DNA from: Rhodospirillaceae bacterium
GTDB lineage: Bacteria; Pseudomonadota; Alphaproteobacteria; Rhodospirillales; Casp-alpha2
Direction: 5' to 3'
Assembly: GCA_002696205.1 (NCBI GenBank)
Contig: NZRL01000014.1
Location: forward strand, 290-64,289
DNA length: 64,000 nt
In this document: positions 36,760 to 46,745 of the stretch, piece after piece
Position numbering within the stretch: position 1 is the first letter of the stretch
Layout of the letters: every line of letters begins with the position of its first letter
Translations under genes and position numbers: made by a program
Notes under the pieces: generated by a model
What the model was told of the DNA's origin: nothing
The model's database searches: none
The model's input: the letters and a program-made list of their open reading frames with translations, nothing else

Positions 36760-38985
36760 GTGAACCAGGTGCAGACGATCCCCCCCGCCGGTTCGCCGGA
36801 CGCCGCCCTGTCTGTCAATTCGGATGAATTGCCCGACGGGCCGCAGACCCTGCATCTGATGGTCGAGAACGTCCATTGCGGCGGCTGTATCAAGAAGATC
36901 GAAAGCACGCTGGCGGAAACGCCGGGCGTTGCGAATTCGCGGGTCAACCTGTCGACCAAGCGTCTGCGCGTCGATTGGCGGCCCGGCGAGACGACGCCCG
37001 AAGAGATCACCCGCACGGTCAGCGACCTGGGTTTTCCGGCCCGCGCCTTCGACCCCGAAGCGTTGAAGGACGGCGGTGAGGCCGAGGACAAACGCCTGTT
37101 GAAGGCAATGGCCGTGGCTGGGTTCGCCGCCGCCAACGTCATGCTGCTGTCCGTTTCCGTGTGGTCCGGTCATGCCGGGGCCATGGGCGAGGCGACGCGG
37201 ACGCTGTTCCACTGGGTCTCGGCGCTGATCGCCCTGCCCGCCGTGGTCTATGCGGGCATGCCGTTCTTCCGCTCTGCCGCCGAGGCCCTCGCCGCGCGGC
37301 GTCTCAACATGGACGTGCCGATCTCGTTGGCCGTCGTGCTGGCCGCCGCGATGAGTTTGCAGCAAACCATGAAGGGCGCCGAACACGCCTATTTCGACGC
37401 TTCGGTCTCGCTGCTGTTCTTCCTGCTGATCGGCCGGTATCTCGACCGCCGGGCGCGGAACAAGGCGCGGTCGGCGGCGACGCGGCTGTTGGGCCTGCGG
37501 GCCGCCACGGCCATGGTCGTCCGCGCGGGCGGCCATCAGGAAGCCGTCGCCACGACGGACCTCGCCCCCGGCATGGTTCTGGCCGTCGCCGCCGGTGAAC
37601 GGTTCGCCGCCGACGGCGTGATCGTCGGCGGCACCACGGATCTGGACACCTCGCTGGTGACCGGGGAAAGCGTGCCGCGCGCGGCGAAACCGGGCGACGC
37701 GGTCTTCGCCGGGACGCTCAACCTGTCCGGCCCGGTCGAGGTCCGCATCGACGCCGCCGGAGAAGACACCCTGCTGGCCGAGATTGTGCGCCTGATGGAG
37801 GCCGCCGAACAGGGCCGCGCCAAATACGTACGCCTGGCCGACCGGGCGGCGGGCATCTATGCCCCGGCGGTTCATCTTCTGGCCGCCGGCACCTTCATCG
37901 GTTGGTTCATCGCGACCGGCGATTGGGAACGCTCGCTGCTGACCTGTGTCGCGGTGTTGATCATCACCTGCCCCTGCGCGTTGGGCCTCGCCGTGCCGGC
38001 GGTGCAGGTCGTCGCCTCGGGCCGCCTGATGACCAAGGGCATTTTGCTCAAGGCCGCCGACGGCCTGGAACGCTTGGCCCAGGCCGACCATGTGGTCTTC
38101 GACAAGACCGGCACCCTGACCCTGGGCGAACCGGTCCTGGTCAACGCCGGCGACTTCACCCCCGACACCCTGCGTCTTGCAGCATCCCTGGCCCAGCACA
38201 GCCGCCATCCGCTCGCCCGCGCCATGGTCAAGGCGGCGGAACGGGAAGGCATCGATATCGCGATGGAGGTCGAATTGACCGACATCCAGGAAATGCCCGG
38301 CCAGGGCCTCGCCGCGACCTGCTGCGACCGGCCGCTCCGCCTGGGCAGCCGCGCCTGGTGCCGGGTCGAAAATGCCGGCAACGATGACGGCCCCTCCGGA
38401 CCGGAATTCTGGTTCTGCCAGGGCGGCGACAAGGCACAGCGCTTCGCCTTCACCGACCAATTGCGCGACGATGCGCGGGCCACCATCGACAATTTGAAAT
38501 CCATGGGCCTGACCGTGGAACTGCTGTCCGGCGATCGCGAGGACGTCGTCCGCGGGGTGGCGAACGACCTGGGCATCGACGAATGGCGGGCCGAATGCCC
38601 GCCCGACGGCAAGGCGCAGCACCTGAAGGACCTGGCCAAGGCCGGACGGAAGGTTCTGATGGTCGGCGACGGCCTGAATGACGCTCCGGCCCTGGCGGCG
38701 GGTCATGTCTCCCTGTCGCCGTCCGGCGCCGCCGACATCAGCCAGACCGCCGCCGACCTGGTGTTCCAGGGCCGCTCGCTCGCCCCGGTGGCCGAGGCCG
38801 TCAAGGTCGCCCGCGCCGCCACCCGGCATGTGAAGGAAAACTTCGCCCTGGCGCTGGGCTACAACATGATCGCCGTGCCGATCGCCGTCGCCGGGTTCGC
38901 AACGCCGCTGGTCGCCGCCGTCGCCATGTCGTCGTCGTCGATCCTGGTCACGCTCAACGCGCTGCGTCTGAAGCTTGTGAAATAA
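36760..38985 (+). CDS. ccoI: heavy-metal (Cu) P1B-type ATPase FixI/CcoI
   Basis: HCGGC metal-binding domain, TGES, CPC, DKTGT, HP and GDGLND. Confidence 0.95.
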   Translation: MNQVQTIPPAGSPDAALSVNSDELPDGPQTLHLMVENVHCGGCIKKIESTLAETPGVANSRVNLSTKRLRVDWRPGETTPEEITRTVSDLGFPARAFDPEALKDGGEAEDKRLLKAMAVAGFAAANVMLLSVSVWSGHAGAMGEATRTLFHWVSALIALPAVVYAGMPFFRSAAEALAARRLNMDVPISLAVVLAAAMSLQQTMKGAEHAYFDASVSLLFFLLIGRYLDRRARNKARSAATRLLGLRAATAMVVRAGGHQEAVATTDLAPGMVLAVAAGERFAADGVIVGGTTDLDTSLVTGESVPRAAKPGDAVFAGTLNLSGPVEVRIDAAGEDTLLAEIVRLMEAAEQGRAKYVRLADRAAGIYAPAVHLLAAGTFIGWFIATGDWERSLLTCVAVLIITCPCALGLAVPAVQVVASGRLMTKGILLKAADGLERLAQADHVVFDKTGTLTLGEPVLVNAGDFTPDTLRLAASLAQHSRHPLARAMVKAAEREGIDIAMEVELTDIQEMPGQGLAATCCDRPLRLGSRAWCRVENAGNDDGPSGPEFWFCQGGDKAQRFAFTDQLRDDARATIDNLKSMGLTVELLSGDREDVVRGVANDLGIDEWRAECPPDGKAQHLKDLAKAGRKVLMVGDGLNDAPALAAGHVSLSPSGAADISQTAADLVFQGRSLAPVAEAVKVARAATRHVKENFALALGYNMIAVPIAVAGFATPLVAAVAMSSSSILVTLNALRLKLVK

Positions 38986-39017
38986 GCCTGCCGACCCTTC
39001 GCTTTTAGGAGACCGCC

Positions 39018-39260
39018 ATGGACGTCCTGATCTATCTCATCCCCGCTGCCCTGTTTCTCGGCCTGATCGGCCTGGGCGCGTTCTTCTGGTCCCTGAAATC
39101 GGGGCAGTTCGATGACCTGGACGGCGCCGCCGAGCGCATCCTGACGAACGACGACGACCTGCCTCCCGGCCCCGGAACGGGCAGCACGACACGCCGCGAA
39201 GCCGCAGAGAAAACCACCGACGACAAGGCGTTCGAGGCCTTCGCGATCCCCTGTCACTGA
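39018..39260 (+). CDS. ccoS: cbb3 oxidase assembly protein CcoS
   Basis: LIP.ALFLG..GL.AFFWSLKSGQFDDLDGAAERIL signature. Confidence 0.93.
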   Translation: MDVLIYLIPAALFLGLIGLGAFFWSLKSGQFDDLDGAAERILTNDDDLPPGPGTGSTTRREAAEKTTDDKAFEAFAIPCH

Positions 39261-39413
39261 GACCTCCGCACCCTCTCTTGCATTCCGGCGCCCCGGCGTT
39301 TTGCCATAATTCCCCGTTGAACCGCCCCGCGCTTGCATCCTATCCTAGGCACCGGCCGGGCCCGTTCCGCGGGACCGGCCCAAGCAAGCGATCTCTCGAG
39401 GGGGCCGGGACCA

Positions 39414-40112
39414 ATGAGTCCAACCGATTCCACCAAGCCGGCCAAGGGTCTGAGCGGCATTCCGCTGCTCGGTTGCCTGGCGGCGGACGAAATTCAGGGC
39501 CTGGAACGCCAGTGCCGCTGGATGACCTTCGGCTCCGGCGAGAAGATCATCGAACGGGGCGAGGAATATTCCAGCGTCTATTTCCTGATCACCGGCACCG
39601 CCCATGTCCTGAACTATTCCGAATCCGGGCGCGCCGTATCCTACGCGGCGCTAAAGGACGGCGACGTGTTCGGCGAACTGGCGGCGATCGACGGCTTGCC
39701 GCGTTCGGCCTGGGTCTGCACCATCACGCCCTGCGTGGTCGGCGCCGTGCCGGGCCCGGCCTTCCTGGACTTGGTGACCGCCAACCGCGACATGGCCATG
39801 GCCTTGCTCAAGCGTCTGGCCGCCGTCATCCGTTTGGGTGACGAACGCCTCGCCGACGTCAGTCTGCTGGGGGCGGAACAGCGGGTCTGCATGGAATTGA
39901 TCCGCATGGCCGAACCGGACCCGAACGACCCCAGCCGCTACGTCGTCTTCCCGGTGCCGACCCAGACCAACTTCGCCAACATGATCGGCGCCTCGCGCGA
40001 GACCGTATCCCGCATTCTGGGCCGCCTGCGCGAGGACGATATCGTGCAGCGCACGGACAAGGGCCTGGCGATCCCCGACCGCGCCCGCCTGGAACAGCGC
40101 GCCTTGATGTAG
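39414..40112 (+). CDS. Crp/Fnr family transcriptional regulator
   Basis: FGELAAIDGLPRSA cNMP-binding motif and HTH IGASRETVSR. Confidence 0.9.
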   Translation: MSPTDSTKPAKGLSGIPLLGCLAADEIQGLERQCRWMTFGSGEKIIERGEEYSSVYFLITGTAHVLNYSESGRAVSYAALKDGDVFGELAAIDGLPRSAWVCTITPCVVGAVPGPAFLDLVTANRDMAMALLKRLAAVIRLGDERLADVSLLGAEQRVCMELIRMAEPDPNDPSRYVVFPVPTQTNFANMIGASRETVSRILGRLREDDIVQRTDKGLAIPDRARLEQRALM

Positions 40113-40145
40113 GCGGCGGCGTCCGGGCCCAGCGGGCAACGGGTA

Positions 40146-41156
40146 CTAGTCGCTTTCTTTTTCCCAGAGCATCCGCCAGACCTCCGCCAATCGCCGGCGC
40201 GCATCGCCGCGGTGGGTTTCGAACCGGGCATGGGCCTCCGGCCCGCCATCCGGGTCGAGCCGGATCGACCAGAGCGCCGCGATCTGGTTCGGGGAAAGGG
40301 AATAGCGCAGGTCGATGACGCGGTCGGCGCGGTCCGGGTCGCGGGCGATGAAGCCGTCGCTGAAATGGCGGAACCGTTCGATATCGCGGGCCTGTGCCGA
40401 GGCCGGGTCGAGCCAGGGAAAATCGCGCGCCAGGTCCAACCGGGCGACCGAGTCCCCGGGATAGACGCGGGGCGCATAGCCGACGCGGACGGCATCCACG
40501 TAGTACCGGTCCGGCGTCGCGTAGATCACTTTCCAGACCAGCAGATTGCCGAAGCTGGGTTTGACTTCCATCCGCAGGGGCGCATGCCCCCGCGATGCCG
40601 CCAGATCCGCGCCCATGGCCCGCGCGCCTTGATGCTGCCACGCCCCCAACGACAAATAGATCGCCGCCCAGGCCAGCGCCGCCACCGCCCAGCGACCGTT
40701 GCGCCGGATCATGCCGGTGACGGCCAGCGCCAGGATCGGCAGGGTGAACAACGGGTCGATGATCGAGATAAGGCTCCAGGCGACGCGGGTGTCGCTGAAC
40801 GGCCAGAACAGAACCGTGCCATAGGAGGTCGCCGCGTCGAGCAGCCCGTGGGTGCCGTACCCCAGGGCGCAGAACAGCCAGGCCGTGAGAAACGAAATCC
40901 CCATCCAGCGGCGAAACGGCAGGTACAGGACCGCCGCGGTGATCAGGGCGCCGACGGGAATGAAGATCAGGGAATGGGTGAACTGGCGGTGGTACTGCAG
41001 ATAAAGCAGCGTATCCACGTCGGAGCGAATCAGCACATCCAGGTCCGCCATCATCCCGGCGACGAAACCCAGCGCGCCGGCGGCGACCGCGCCGGCGCGG
41101 CGGCGGGTGGCGAGCGGCAAGGCGGCGCCCAATGCGCCCTGGGTCAAAGGATCCAT
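40146..41156 (-). CDS. membrane-bound metal-dependent hydrolase (YdjM/DUF457-like)
   Basis: MDPLTQ, DLD, HRQFTHSL, THGLLD.ATSYGT and IIDPLFT. Confidence 0.85.
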   Translation of the reverse strand: MDPLTQGALGAALPLATRRRAGAVAAGALGFVAGMMADLDVLIRSDVDTLLYLQYHRQFTHSLIFIPVGALITAAVLYLPFRRWMGISFLTAWLFCALGYGTHGLLDAATSYGTVLFWPFSDTRVAWSLISIIDPLFTLPILALAVTGMIRRNGRWAVAALAWAAIYLSLGAWQHQGARAMGADLAASRGHAPLRMEVKPSFGNLLVWKVIYATPDRYYVDAVRVGYAPRVYPGDSVARLDLARDFPWLDPASAQARDIERFRHFSDGFIARDPDRADRVIDLRYSLSPNQIAALWSIRLDPDGGPEAHARFETHRGDARRRLAEVWRMLWEKESD

Positions 41157-41171
41157 GGCGCTGGCGAAGTC

Positions 41172-41606
41172 CTAGTCCGTACCGTCCGTGTCCGCGAGGC
41201 AGGCTTCCACCGCCTCGAATGGCAACAGCACGCAGTCATGGCGGTGCTTGTGCCCCTGCACGGGCGTGAAAGCGTTCAACCCTTCCCAATCGCCGGTCGC
41301 CGGGGTGCCGTCGGACAGAAGGGCGCGGGCCTGGGCGATGCCGTCGGTCAGGACCGCGCGGTCCTTGCCCGGTGCCGCGCCGTGGATCACCGCCGCTGCC
41401 GCCTGGACCAGCATGCAGCCGCGCACCTTGCCGCCGATGTTTTCAATGGCGTCGCCGTTGAGCGCAACCTCGACCGTCACCCGGTCGCCGCAGAGGAAAT
41501 TATCGGCGTCGTGACTGCAATCCGCGTCTTCGATCCGGCCCATGTTGCGGGCCCGCGCGGCCAAATCCTTGATCGCCGCGTCATAGATGTCGTCGGCCGC
41601 ACTCAC
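41172..41606 (-). CDS. SufU/NifU-like protein (144 aa)
   Basis: NFLCGDRV, GCM and RHDCVLLPF give three conserved Cys. The GTG start overlaps the desulfurase stop (GTGA). Confidence 0.82.
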   Translation of the reverse strand: MSAADDIYDAAIKDLAARARNMGRIEDADCSHDADNFLCGDRVTVEVALNGDAIENIGGKVRGCMLVQAAAAVIHGAAPGKDRAVLTDGIAQARALLSDGTPATGDWEGLNAFTPVQGHKHRHDCVLLPFEAVEACLADTDGTD

Positions 41607-42823
41607 GACAGCACCTTGAGCATGCGGGTGATCGCCTTGTCGAAGGCCTCGATATCCGTTTCGTCGTTGTACAGCGCCAGGCTCGCACGCGTCGTCGCAT
41701 CGACGCCGAAGGCGCTCATCAGAGGCTGCGCGCAGTGATGGCCGCCGCGAAGCGCCACGCCTTCGCCGCCCATGACTTCGCAGATGTCGTGCGGATGGGC
41801 GCCCTCGACCGTGAAGGACAGAATCGGCAGGCGCGGCACCTTGCCGGCGGCGACCCCCATGGGGTCCCAAACCGCAATGCGTTTGTGCTGGTTGAGAACG
41901 TCGAGCAGGGATTGGGTCAATTCCCGTTCGGCCGTGGTGATTTCCGCCCACTCCAGGCCCCTCAACCAATCCGCGGCGGCGCCCAGGCCGATCGCCTGGG
42001 TCACCGGCGGGGTGCCGGCCTCGAACCGGTGCGGCGGCGGCGCGAATTCGGTGCCGTCGAAGGAAACGCGGGTGATCATCTCGCCCCCGCCCAGGAACGG
42101 CGGCAGGTCTTGGAGAAGTTCCGAACGGGCCCATAGGGCGCCGATGCCGGTCGGCCCGAACATCTTATGCCCCGACAGCACATAGAAATCGCAGCCGATG
42201 GAGGCCACGTCGACCGGCCCGTGGCCGGCCCGCTGGGCGCCGTCGATCAGGACCGGGATGCCCCGCTTGCGCGCCATGCTGGTGATGATCCGGACATCCG
42301 TCACCGCACCGGTGACGTTGGAGCCGTGGGTGACGGCAATCAGCCGCGTGCGGTCGGAAATCAGATCGACCATCTTTTCGATCTGCAGATGGCCGTCGCC
42401 GTCGACGGGCAGCACGACCAGTTCCAGACCCTTGCGCTCGCACAGCATCTGCCAGGGCACGATATTGGCGTGGTGTTCGCCCTCGCCGACCATGATTTCG
42501 TCGCCGGATTTCAGGCCCGCCCCATAGGCATGGGCAACCAGGTTGATGGCCGCCGTGGCGCCCGAGGTGAAAATCACCTCGTCCTTGTCCTTGGCCCCCA
42601 TGAACGCGGCAACCGACGCACGCGCGGCCTCGAACGCGTCGTTGGCGCGGGTCGCCAGCGGATAAATGCCGCGCTTCACGTTGGACCGGCCGTCGGCTTC
42701 GAATTCGGCCATGCGGTCGGTCACGGGCTTGGCGATCTGGGTCATCGCGGCGTTGTCCAGATAGGTTCGGGCCCGCCCGGAGGCAATGGCCGGAAACAGG
42801 TTCCGGAAGCTGTTCATGGTCAT
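41603..42823 (-). CDS. group II cysteine desulfurase (SufS-like)
   Basis: YLDNAA, EHHANIVPW, DGAQ, SGHKMFGPTGIG (PLP lysine) and RGGHHCAQP. Confidence 0.92.
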   Translation of the reverse strand: MTMNSFRNLFPAIASGRARTYLDNAAMTQIAKPVTDRMAEFEADGRSNVKRGIYPLATRANDAFEAARASVAAFMGAKDKDEVIFTSGATAAINLVAHAYGAGLKSGDEIMVGEGEHHANIVPWQMLCERKGLELVVLPVDGDGHLQIEKMVDLISDRTRLIAVTHGSNVTGAVTDVRIITSMARKRGIPVLIDGAQRAGHGPVDVASIGCDFYVLSGHKMFGPTGIGALWARSELLQDLPPFLGGGEMITRVSFDGTEFAPPPHRFEAGTPPVTQAIGLGAAADWLRGLEWAEITTAERELTQSLLDVLNQHKRIAVWDPMGVAAGKVPRLPILSFTVEGAHPHDICEVMGGEGVALRGGHHCAQPLMSAFGVDATTRASLALYNDETDIEAFDKAITRMLKVLS

Positions 42824-42840
42824 GTTTCCTAGTTGTTCGT

Positions 42841-43860
42841 TCAGGCCGGGTCGCGGCGCATGACGCCGATGATCTCGCCCAGGATACTAACCGCGATTTC
42901 CGCCGGTGACTGGGCGGAAATATCCAAGCCGATGGGCCCGTGAATGCGGCCGATAGCGGCTTCGTCGAAACCGGCGGCAGTCAGCCGGTCGACCCGCTTG
43001 GCCTGAGTTCGTGTGCTGCCCAATGCGCCGATATAGAATGCCCTCGACCGCAGGGCCTTTTCCAGGGCCGGGTCGTCCAGTTTCGGATCGTGGGTCAGCG
43101 TCACGATGGCGGTGCGCATGTCGGGCTGCAATTCGTCCATGGCTTCGTCCGGCCAGTCCGTGCGCACATCGACGCCGGGAAACCGGGCGTCCGAGGCGAA
43201 GGCCCGGCGCGGGTCGACGACGGTCACCTTGAAGCCGCACATGGCGGCCATGGGCACCAGGGTCTGGGCGATATGCACGGCGCCGACGACGATCATCCGC
43301 CGGGCCGGGGCGACGACCTCGACGAAATAATCGCCGTCCTCGCCTTCGACCTTGCGCGACCGGTCGTCGCGCAGCGCCGCCTTGGCCGCGTCGGCCAGCA
43401 TGCCGGACAAATCGCCGTCGCCGAGCAGTTTCGTCTCGCCGTCGGCCAACCGGGTGATCAATGCCGAGGGCGTGCCGGTCGTCAGGGCGGCGCGGGCCTT
43501 TTCATAAAGCGGCGCCGATGCCGCCATGTCGCGGACCAGCACCTTGACCGATCCGCCGCAGGCCAGGCCCACGTCCCAGGCCTGTTCGTCGGAGACGCCG
43601 AAATCGAGCAGCTTGGCGGGGGCCCCGCCCAGCACGTCGAGGGCTTCCTTGACGACCGCCCCTTCGATACAGCCGCCCGAGACCGAGCCCGCCATTTCGC
43701 CCTGGGCCGTGATTCCCAGATGGCTGCCCGGCGGGCGCGGCGACGATCCCCAGGTCGAGACGACCGTCGCCAGCGCCACGGGCTTGCCCGAGGCCATCCA
43801 GTCGAAGGCCGTGTCGATCACGTCCTGAGTGGGTTGGATCTGATCCGTGGGCAGGGACAT
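42841..43860 (-). CDS. xdhC: XdhC/CoxI family molybdenum cofactor chaperone
   Basis: WGSSPRP.G, GSVSGGCIE, GLACGG, HDPKLDD, YIGALGS and PAEIAVSI. Confidence 0.9.
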   Translation of the reverse strand: MSLPTDQIQPTQDVIDTAFDWMASGKPVALATVVSTWGSSPRPPGSHLGITAQGEMAGSVSGGCIEGAVVKEALDVLGGAPAKLLDFGVSDEQAWDVGLACGGSVKVLVRDMAASAPLYEKARAALTTGTPSALITRLADGETKLLGDGDLSGMLADAAKAALRDDRSRKVEGEDGDYFVEVVAPARRMIVVGAVHIAQTLVPMAAMCGFKVTVVDPRRAFASDARFPGVDVRTDWPDEAMDELQPDMRTAIVTLTHDPKLDDPALEKALRSRAFYIGALGSTRTQAKRVDRLTAAGFDEAAIGRIHGPIGLDISAQSPAEIAVSILGEIIGVMRRDPA

Positions 43861-43884
43861 GGCGGGCGTTTCCCGGGCCGGGTG

Positions 43885-44550
43885 TCAGCCGCCGACCAGG
43901 TTCATGGTCGACAGGAAATAAGCGGCGGCGGCGAAGGCCGCAACGACGATGGGAATCCAGATGCCCTTGCCGATACCGCCGGATGACGGCGCGGCTGCCG
44001 CGGGCTCGCCGGCGGCGGGCGCCGGAGCGGCCGGGGGTGCTGTGTCCACGTCGGGGTCGGGGGCCGATTCGGACGCGGCGTCGGCGGCGGGCGCACCGCC
44101 GGCCTGCTTTTCGATCACCAGGGTCTCGAAGGTTTCGAAGAATTCACCGGCCAGTTTCTTGGAGGTGCCTTCGATCAGGCGGCCACCCAGCTGCGCCAGC
44201 TTGCCGCCGACGTCGGCCTTGACCTCGTAATTCAAAAGCGTGCCGCCTTGGCCATCTTCTTCCAGGTTGATGACCGCACCGCCCTTGGCGAAGCCGGCGG
44301 CGCCGCCCTTGCCTTCGCCCGAGATCGTATAGCTCTCCGGCGGGTTGAGGTCGGACAGGGTGACCTGGCCTTTGAACTTGGCGCGCACGGGGCCGACCTT
44401 GGCCGTCACGGTGGCGGCGAATTCGGTGTCCGAGACCTTATCCAGGCTCTCGCAGCCGGGAATGGCGCGGGCCAGGATGTCCGGATCGTTGAGTGCTTCG
44501 AAAACGGCTTCCCGAGGGGCAGCGATCTGGCGTTGGTCCTTTAAGTCCAT
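43885..44550 (-). CDS. coxG: CoxG family (SRPBCC) protein with C-terminal membrane anchor
   Basis: LNDP..L...IPGC, KVGPVRAKF, GGAAGFAKG and GGKLAQLG.RLI. Confidence 0.88.
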   Translation of the reverse strand: MDLKDQRQIAAPREAVFEALNDPDILARAIPGCESLDKVSDTEFAATVTAKVGPVRAKFKGQVTLSDLNPPESYTISGEGKGGAAGFAKGGAVINLEEDGQGGTLLNYEVKADVGGKLAQLGGRLIEGTSKKLAGEFFETFETLVIEKQAGGAPAADAASESAPDPDVDTAPPAAPAPAAGEPAAAAPSSGGIGKGIWIPIVVAAFAAAAYFLSTMNLVGG

Positions 44551-44662
44551 GGGTCGTTCTATTCCTTTTTAATTCCTTGGCCCGCTTATAAATCGGCGCG
44601 GGCCGTGGTTGGTCGTCGGGCCTTTATGCCTCGATATGTTCCAAATGTCATGTCGGACGCGC

Positions 44663-45310
44663 TCAAGCGCGTGAATTCGGGCCCAAATCCCCTGGCTCGT
44701 CGATATCCATATGGATTGCCGAAGAGCCCACGTCCACCCCCAGGATGTCCTGATTGAACCGTTTCAACAGCGGTTTGGCCCCGATATCGCCGGAAAGTTC
44801 GGCGAAGGCGGGGAACAGGCGGCGCGGCCAAAGGATCGGGTTTCCCGGCTTTCCATCGTATCGGGGCTGGCAGATCTTGTCACCGCCCGCCGCCTCGAAG
44901 GCGCCGATCAATGCATCGATCACGGCGGGCGAGACGCCCGGCATGTCGCCCAGCAGGATCACCGCGCCGGTCATGCCGGGCCCGACGGCGGCGATCCCGG
45001 TCTTGACCGAGGTCGACAGCCCGGCCTTGAAATCCGGGTTGTCGATCATCCGCAGGTCCAGCCCGGCAAGGACGCCGCGCACGGCATCCGCCTGATGCCC
45101 GGTGACGACGACGACCTCGCCCGCGCGGGACGCCAGGGCGGCCTCGGCCGCGTGGCGGACCAAAGCACGGCCGCCGTAGTCCGCCGTCAGTTTGTTGATC
45201 TCGCCCATGCGGGTCGATCGACCGGCGGCCAGGACCACCGCCGCGACGGCAGACGGGCGGGCCGGCGATGATGGGTCCGAAACGGGCGGTTTATCTGGGC
45301 TGACACTCAT
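44663..45310 (-). CDS. mocA: molybdenum cofactor cytidylyltransferase (MocA-like)
   Basis: VLAAGRSTRMG..NKL, GLSTS, LGDMP, GNP and DIDEP. Adjacent to the xanthine-oxidase-family genes. Confidence 0.8.
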   Translation of the reverse strand: MSVSPDKPPVSDPSSPARPSAVAAVVLAAGRSTRMGEINKLTADYGGRALVRHAAEAALASRAGEVVVVTGHQADAVRGVLAGLDLRMIDNPDFKAGLSTSVKTGIAAVGPGMTGAVILLGDMPGVSPAVIDALIGAFEAAGGDKICQPRYDGKPGNPILWPRRLFPAFAELSGDIGAKPLLKRFNQDILGVDVGSSAIHMDIDEPGDLGPNSRA

Positions 45311-45441
45311 GTTTCACGCTTACCGGGTTTTCCTGACCGAGGAGTCCTGTTATATGATTTGTATACAATTTATGGGCGGAATCACGCCTGTCATCCGAAA
45401 AACATCCAGGACAAGCCCAGCACATGGGGTTTGAAGGGGCC

Positions 45442-45909
45442 ATGCCAGAAATTTCCCTATCCATCAACGGCGCGCCGGTCACAGGGACCGTCGAGGGCCG
45501 CACTCTACTCGTCGAATTCATCCGCGAGACCATGAAACTGACCGGCACGCATACCGGTTGCGACACCAGCCAATGCGGTGCCTGTACGGTGCACCTGGAC
45601 GGCAAGGCCGTCAAAAGCTGCACCATGCTGGCGGTTCAGGCCGACGGGGCCGAAGTCACGACCATCGAGGGCCTGGCCCCCGAAGGCGAGATGAACCCCA
45701 TGCAGCAGGCATTCAACGACCATCACGGCCTGCAATGCGGATTCTGTACGCCGGGCATGGTGATGCGCGCCATGGCCCTGGTCGCCGATAACCCGGACCC
45801 GACCGAGGCCGAGGTTCGCCACGGTCTGGAAGGCAACATCTGCCGCTGCACGGGCTATCAGAACATCGTCGCCGCCGTCCTGGACGGCGCCAAGGCGTTA
45901 CGCGGCTGA
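45442..45909 (+). CDS. molybdoenzyme small subunit, 2x[2Fe-2S] (CoxS-like)
   Basis: [23 protein letters not shown] and NICRCTGY. Confidence 0.93.
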   Translation: MPEISLSINGAPVTGTVEGRTLLVEFIRETMKLTGTHTGCDTSQCGACTVHLDGKAVKSCTMLAVQADGAEVTTIEGLAPEGEMNPMQQAFNDHHGLQCGFCTPGMVMRAMALVADNPDPTEAEVRHGLEGNICRCTGYQNIVAAVLDGAKALRG

Positions 45910-45925
45910 TCGGGGGGAAAGACAG

Positions 45926-46732
45926 ATGGAAGAATTCACCTATACCCGCCCCGCCACGGCGGACGACGCCACCGGGGCCCATAGTGCGGCCGAAGACGCC
46001 ATGTACATGGCCGGCGGCCAGACGCTGATCCCGGTCCTCAAGCAGGGCCTGGCCATGCCGACGGATGTCGTCGACCTGAACCGGGTCGGCGACCTGGCCG
46101 GCATCCAGGTCACCGGCGACGCCGTGACCATCGGCGCCATGACCCGTCATGCGGTCGTCGCGGCCTCGGCCGAGGTCAAAGGCGCCATCCCGGCGTTGAC
46201 CGTGCTGGCCGGCGGCATCGGCGATGCCCAGGTCCGCAACCGCGGCACCATGGGCGGCTCGCTCGCCAATAACGACCCCTCGGCCGATTATCCCTCGGCC
46301 GTGTTGGGCCTGGGCGCGACCGTAACCACCAATCAGCGTGAAATCCCCGCCGACGAATTCTTCGACGGCATGTTCGCGACCAACCTGGAAGACGGCGAGC
46401 TGATCAAATCCGTGACCTATCCGATCCCGGAAAAGGCCGGTTACGCCAAGTTCCCGAATCCGGCCTCGCGCTATGCCCTGGTCGGCGTGTTCGTCGCCAA
46501 GACGGCGGGCGGTGTCCGCGTCGCCGTGACCGGTGCGGGTCAGGACGGCGTGTTCCGCCCGGCCGAGGTCGAAGCGGCGCTGTCCGCCGATTTCTCGGCC
46601 GCCGCGTTGGACGGCGTCACCGTCCCGGCGGACGATTTGATGACCGACATGCATGCCGCCGCCGACTACCGCGCGCATCTGATCGTCGTGATGGCGAAAC
46701 GCGCCGTCAATCAAGCCAACGGCCAGGGTTGA
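45926..46732 (+). CDS. molybdoenzyme FAD-binding medium subunit (CoxM-like)
   Basis: AGGQTLIP, QVRNRGTMGGS and KFPNPASRYA. Confidence 0.92.
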   Translation: MEEFTYTRPATADDATGAHSAAEDAMYMAGGQTLIPVLKQGLAMPTDVVDLNRVGDLAGIQVTGDAVTIGAMTRHAVVAASAEVKGAIPALTVLAGGIGDAQVRNRGTMGGSLANNDPSADYPSAVLGLGATVTTNQREIPADEFFDGMFATNLEDGELIKSVTYPIPEKAGYAKFPNPASRYALVGVFVAKTAGGVRVAVTGAGQDGVFRPAEVEAALSADFSAAALDGVTVPADDLMTDMHAAADYRAHLIVVMAKRAVNQANGQG

Positions 46733-46745
46733 GGGGAGACAAACC

